Of a DNA stretch of 64,000 nt, positions 58,916-64,000 are shown piece after piece (within the stretch, counting starts at the first letter, position 1; each line of letters begins with the position of its first letter). The position numbers and the translations under genes were made by a program. The notes under the pieces are model-generated. The model was given only the letters and a program-made list of their open reading frames with translations, was not told the origin of the DNA and did not search any database. Where the stretch lies: the NCBI GenBank assembly GCA_951406725.2, contig OX597835.1, positions 14,260,001-14,324,000 of the forward strand. Direction: 5' to 3'. Source of the DNA: Octopus vulgaris. Its lineage: Eukaryota.

Positions 58916-59949
58916 GGGAGGAAGGAAAGAAAGTAAGAAAGAAAGAAAGAAAGGATGAAAGAAAGAAAGAAAATAAGAAAGAAAGAAAGAAAGAAGGAAA
59001 GAAAGACAGAAAGAAAGAAGGGAGGAAGGAAAGAAAGTAAGAAAGAAAGAAAGAAAGAAAGGAAGAAGGAAAGAAAGGAAGAAGGAAAGAAAGACAGAAA
59101 GAAAGAAGGGAGGAAGGAAAGAAAGTAAGAAAGAAAGAAGGGATGAAGGAAAGAAAGAAAAGAAAGAAAGAAAGAAAGAAAGAAAGAAGAAGGAAAGAAA
59201 GACAGAAAGAAAGAAGGGAGGAAGGAAAGAAAGTAAGAAAGAAAGAAGGGATGAAGGAAAGAAAGAAAATAAGAAAGAAAGAAAGGAAGAAGGAAAGAAA
59301 GAAAGAAAGAAAGAAAGAAGGGAGGAAGGAAAGAAAGTAAGAAAGAAAGAAGGGATGAAAGAAAGAAAGAAAATAAGAAAGAAAGAAAGGAAGAAGGAAA
59401 GAAAGACAGAAAGAAAGAAGGGAGGAAGGAAAGAAAGTAAGAAAGAAAGAAAGAAAGAAAGAAAGGAAGAAGGAAAGAAAGACAGAAAGAAAGAAGGGAG
59501 GAAGGAAAGTAAGTAAGAAAGAAAGAAGGGATGAAGGAAAGAAAGAAAGTAAGAAAGAAAGAAAGAAAGGAAGAAGGAAAGAAAGACAGAAAGAAAGAAG
59601 GAAGGAAGGAAAGAAAGTAAGAAAGAAAGAAGGGATGAAGGAAAGAAAGAAAATAAGAAAGAAAGAAAGGAAGAAGGAAAGAAAGAAAGAAAGAAAGAAG
59701 GGAGGAAGGAAAGAAAGTAAGAAAGAAAGAAAGAAAGAAAGAAAGAAGGGAGGAAGGAAAGAAAGTAAGAAAGAAAGAAGGGATGAAGGAAAGAAAGAAA
59801 GTAAGAAAGAAAGAAAGAAAGAAAGAAAGGAAGAAGGAAAGAAAGACAGAAAGAAAGAAGGGAGGAAGGAAAGAAAGTAAGAAAGAAAGAAAGGAAGAAA
59901 GGAAAGAAAGAAAATAAGAAAGAAAGGAAGAAGGAAAGAAAGAAAGAAA
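58199..59949. repeat. GAAA-based compound purine satellite of about 1.75 kb
   Basis: Recurrent modules AAGGAAGAAGGAAAGAAAGACAG, GAAGGGAGGAAGG, GGGATGAAGG and AAGTAAG. Confidence 0.97.
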
Positions 59950-60729
59950 TGATAGAATGTAAATTTGTAGAAGGAGAGAGCCAACACTCTCCGTTGTTGT
60001 CTGTCTGCGTGTCTGTCTGCCTTTGTTCAAATTCCAGAGTTGAATTACCACATTCTCAGAGTGAATCTTAAGATCTTAAATGTGGAGAATTTAGAAGGTT
60101 GTTGCCATAACAACGTAGATGGAGGAGATGACAAATATATTTCTCTACTTCAATTCTATCAAACGTGAATGAAATTTACGAGAAGCAGCCATATTGAAAA
60201 CATCCAAAAACACGCCGAACGCTACCAGATGATGTATATTCGCCTTTAAGAAATACTAGAGGTCACCATTTGATCAGCATGACTCTGTTTTATATGAGAA
60301 AATAAACCGAACGTTTATTGGTCAAATAAATTATCTGATTGAATGTTTTAGATAAATATTAAATACTAAACTGATATATTTGAAAGCAAAACTTCAAACT
60401 TAATTTTCAGATCTTTTTCTCTTTCATAAATTCGTTTCTCAGTTCTGATGGTTTTATTTGTTTTTACTCGAGTCCCATAAGGAATGGCAAAACCAATAAT
60501 CTTTACTGGTTCTCCGAGACCGGAAAGTTTGATGCCGTTGACCCTTTGTCTGTCCAAAGCATTTCATAAATTTGTCCTAAGCGTCACCCATGCATGCTTT
60601 CAGACTTTTACTTAACCCCTGTGACATGTGTTTTGAATGATATAAAACTTTTCTTTCATAAGTCTCTCAAGTTACTCTGGTGTTTGAATTGAATTGGAAA
60701 TGTGAATCATATATGATACACAGGATATA

Positions 60730-60894
60730 GGCGCAGGAGTGGCTGTGTGGTAAGTAGCTTGCTAACCAACCACATGGTTCCGGGTTCAGTCCCACTGCGT
60801 GGCATCTTGGGCAAGTGTCTTCTGCTATAGCCCCGGGCCGACCAATGCCTTGTGAGTGGATTTGGTAGACGGAAACTGAAAGAAGCCTGTCGTA

Positions 60895-60969
<75 letters not shown>

Positions 60970-61185
60970 CTGTGTGTCTGTGTTTGTCCCCCTAGCATTG
61001 CTTGACAACCGATGCTGGTGTGTTTACGTCCCCGTCACTTAGCGGTTCGGCAAAAAGAGACCGATAGAATAAGTACTGGGCTTACAAAGAATAAGTCGCG
61101 GGGTCGATTTGCTCGACTAAAGGCGGTGCTCCAGCATGGCCGCAGTCAAAATTACTGAAACAAGTAAAAGAGTAAAAGAGTAAAA
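60730..61185 (+). mobile_element. SINE family A, full length
   Basis: GGCGCAGGAGTGGCTGTGTGG head through to the (GTAAAAGA)n tail. Confidence 0.93.
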
Positions 61186-61252
61186 AAAGGATAGGCAAAG
61201 AGTTTAACAGTTCTATTAGAAAAGGCAGTTTTAGTGTGACGCTGGTGGATTA

Positions 61253-62181
61253 TGTTACACGAAACTTGTCTTTATTGAGAGGCTATCTGTGATATTAACT
61301 CTTTGCCTGCCCAAAGTATTTTAATAAGTTTGTCCTACATGCCCATATTTTTTTTCAGAATTTTAGTTAATCCTTGTTTCATATTTTCTGAGTAATACAA
61401 AGTTTTCTTTTCACGAGTCCCAGGTTACTCTGGTGGTTGAAGACAAATTGGGAATATGTATCATCTATAATGTAAGGACGCCAGAGAAATAAGTCCCGCG
61501 TATCACGTGGTACACTGGACAGGTGGAGGCGCAATGGCCCAGTGGTTAGGGCAGCGGACTCGCGGTCATAGGATCGCGGTTTCGATTCCCAGACCGGGCG
61601 TTGTGAGTGTTTATTGAGCGAAGACACCTAAAAAGCGCCACGAGACTCCGGCAGGGCGTGGTGGTGATCCCTGCTGTACTCTTTCACCACAACTTTCTCT
61701 CACTCTTACTTCCTGTTTCTGTTGTACCTGTATTTCAAAGGGCCGGCCTTGTCACTCTCTGTGTCACGCTGAATATCCCCGAGAACTACGTTAAGGGTAC
61801 ACGTGTCTGTGGAGTGCTCAGCCACTTACACGTTAATTTCACGAGCAGGCTGTTCCGTTGATCGGATCAACCGGAACCCTCGTCGTCGTAACCGACGGAG
61901 TGCTTCCATGTTACAAGAAACATGTCTTTATTGAGAGGCTATCTGTGATATTAACTCTTTGCCTGCCCAAAGTATTTTAATAAGTTTGTCCTACATGTCC
62001 ATGTTTCTTTTTTTCAGACTTTTACTTAATCCATGTTTCATATCTTCTGAGTAATACAAAGTTTTCTTTTCACGAGTCCCAGGTTAACTCTGGTGGTTGA
62101 AAACGAATTGGGAATATGTATCATGTATGATGTATGGACGCCAGAGAAATAAGTCCCGCGTATCACGTGGTACAAAGGACA
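61253..62181. repeat. Direct duplication of about 270 bp (61253-61521 / 61908-62181) flanking a SINE; related diverged copies at about 60545-60725 and 34370-34530
   Basis: TGTCTTTATTGAGAGGCTATCTGTG...GTCCCGCGTATCACGTGGTACA present twice. Confidence 0.88.
61523..61908 (+). mobile_element. tRNA-derived SINE family D, full length
   Basis: A box TGGCCCAGTGG, B box GGTTTCGATTCCC; inverted copy at 62659. Confidence 0.88.
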
Positions 62182-62658
62182 GGCAAAGTGCTAATGTTCC
62201 GTTTAAGCTTTTACAGGTCACACCCATAAGAAAGACATGAACAGAGAGAAGATTCCGGAGAGATGATGAATGAAATCCTTCCTTGAATATACGTGGACGA
62301 TATCCTTGCTGTGACCTCAAATAACGCTATTTTTACATGGCTTAAGGTTAATATTGTAATGAACATTAAAAAATATAAGTAGAAGTATTTATTCGGTGAC
62401 AAAAAAGTTTAATTCAATGACTGAAATGGTTTTTAATTCTTTCAGCAAAAGAGGGAAGAAACTCTGGACATGTTTCTGCCGAAATGGTAATGGGAGACTT
62501 TTGTGCTGCTGCTCCTATGAAAGGAGGTAAAACCTTTGGATTGAGTCAAGACAGCCATACGACAAGTTATTTCATCGACTTCAGACGGTATTTGAACTCA
62601 AACTCAAACAGTCGGAAGAAATGCCAACAGGCATTTTGTCCGAAACGCTGATGATAAA

Positions 62659-62949
62659 GTGGAAGCACTCCGTCGGTTACGACGACGAGGGTTCCGGTTG
62701 ATCCGAATCAACGGAACAGCCTGCTCGTGAAATTAACGTGTAAGTGGCTGAGCACTCCACAGACTCGTGTACCCTTAACGTAATTCTCGGGGATATTCAG
62801 CGTGACACAGAGAGTGACAAGGCCGGCCCTTTGAAATAGAGGTACAACAGAAACAGGAAGTAAGAGTGAGAGAAAGTTGTGGTGAAAGAGTTACAGCAGG
62901 GATCACCACCATCCCCTGCCGGAGCCTCGTGGAGCTTTAGGTGTTTTCG
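62659..62949 (-). mobile_element. 5'-truncated SINE family D with 13-bp TSD, nested in an old family B SINE
   Basis: TSD CGCTGATGATAAA at 62646-62658 and 62950-62962; the rejoined flanks read as a family B head on the minus strand. Confidence 0.9.
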
Positions 62950-64000
62950 CGCTGATGATAAAAACTACCAGTTCACTGCCTTTAAATAATTTCTTTCTAC
63001 TATAGACACAAGGCCTGAAATTCTGTGGGAGGGCCTGATCGATTATATGGACTCCATTGTTCAACTGATTTGTATTTTATGGACCTTAAAAAGGTGAAAG
63101 GTGACGCGTTGACCTCGCTAGATTTTGAACACAGAATGAAAACCCAGAAGAAATGCCGGGAAGCATTTTGCCCGGATATTCATATAATTATAGCACTACT
63201 TTTGTTAGTTTCAGTGTCACAGTCTACAGACAGTTTCCGACTCCCTTCCCACCAAAATATCGGTCAGTATCAATTCTAAATTGGATTATTTAAAAAATTG
63301 TAATTCCAATTTTGTACTTTTAGCATTACATTTCATTTGTTTTAAAGAGAAAAAAAAAAAAAAAACAAACAATAATCAAACAAAATTATGAAAATATATA
63401 AATTGCATCGCTGAATGAAAACGAATGAACAAAAAATAAAAATAATAATAATAATAATAATGAATAAGCAGAGTTTAAAAATGTTTCAATTAAAATATTT
63501 CATTGAAGTTATAGTTTACAAATTAAAAAGTAAAAAAAAAAAAACGGTTGCGAAACGCGAAACATAATTTTTTTTTCGTTCGTTTTATATAAGTGATTTA
63601 ACATTTTCCATAATTAATTTAATGATAGATTTATTACGTGATAATTCGATTGGTTCTTTGTTGGTTGGTTGACCTTTTCTTTTGAAAATTCTATTTTCAA
63701 TTTGATCAAGAGAATTTCTTGAAATTATTTTCCCCTGAAATGTAGAGAAAATAAAGAAAGAAAGAAAGAAAGAAGTAAAATATAACAAACGTATTTCGGT
63801 ATATTTACACTATACAATAATAAGCGAATTATATAAATTATCATATTTTTTCCCCCTCGCCGATTTAATTCAGTGAATCAGAATTTAGTTTGTGAACAGG
63901 ATAATGTGAAGTCAGTGAAAAACTTTATTTCAATGTAGGATTGGATTCTTTGTATAGTTGCTCGACGTGCGTGAAATAGTAGCTATATCCCCTTTCAGTC

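Noticed and set aside
58069-60051. 660-aa Phe/Leu/Ser ORF
   Set aside because: Antisense translation of the GAAA satellite
62640-62660. CGAAAC and CTGATGA close together
   Set aside because: Wrong order and no helices; the sequence is a SINE head remnant and TSD

Overview
This is a eukaryotic, AT-rich, repeat-saturated window with no supportable host gene. The repeat families and microsatellite load suggest a cephalopod, probably Octopus (inference). Bases 1-15.4 kb are a 29-bp satellite interrupted by a SINE and a 5'-truncated CR1/L2-group LINE. The rest is a mosaic of Penelope-like elements (PLEs), Helitrons, an L1/Tx1 3' fragment, at least four SINE families and long microsatellites. The PLEs comprise a near full-length RT/GIY-YIG copy, an internally deleted copy between direct repeats and a decayed Naiad-like 3' end; one Helitron carries a Pif1 helicase remnant. 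The most notable signal is a set of minimal type I hammerhead ribozyme motifs read by eye. One fold-back family, present twice, has a core in which the conserved C3-G8 pair appears swapped to G3-C8. The main SINE also shares a covarying 3' stem-loop with the neighbouring LINE. Most ORFs in the supplied track are microsatellite artefacts. Element boundaries are approximate unless a terminus motif is quoted.
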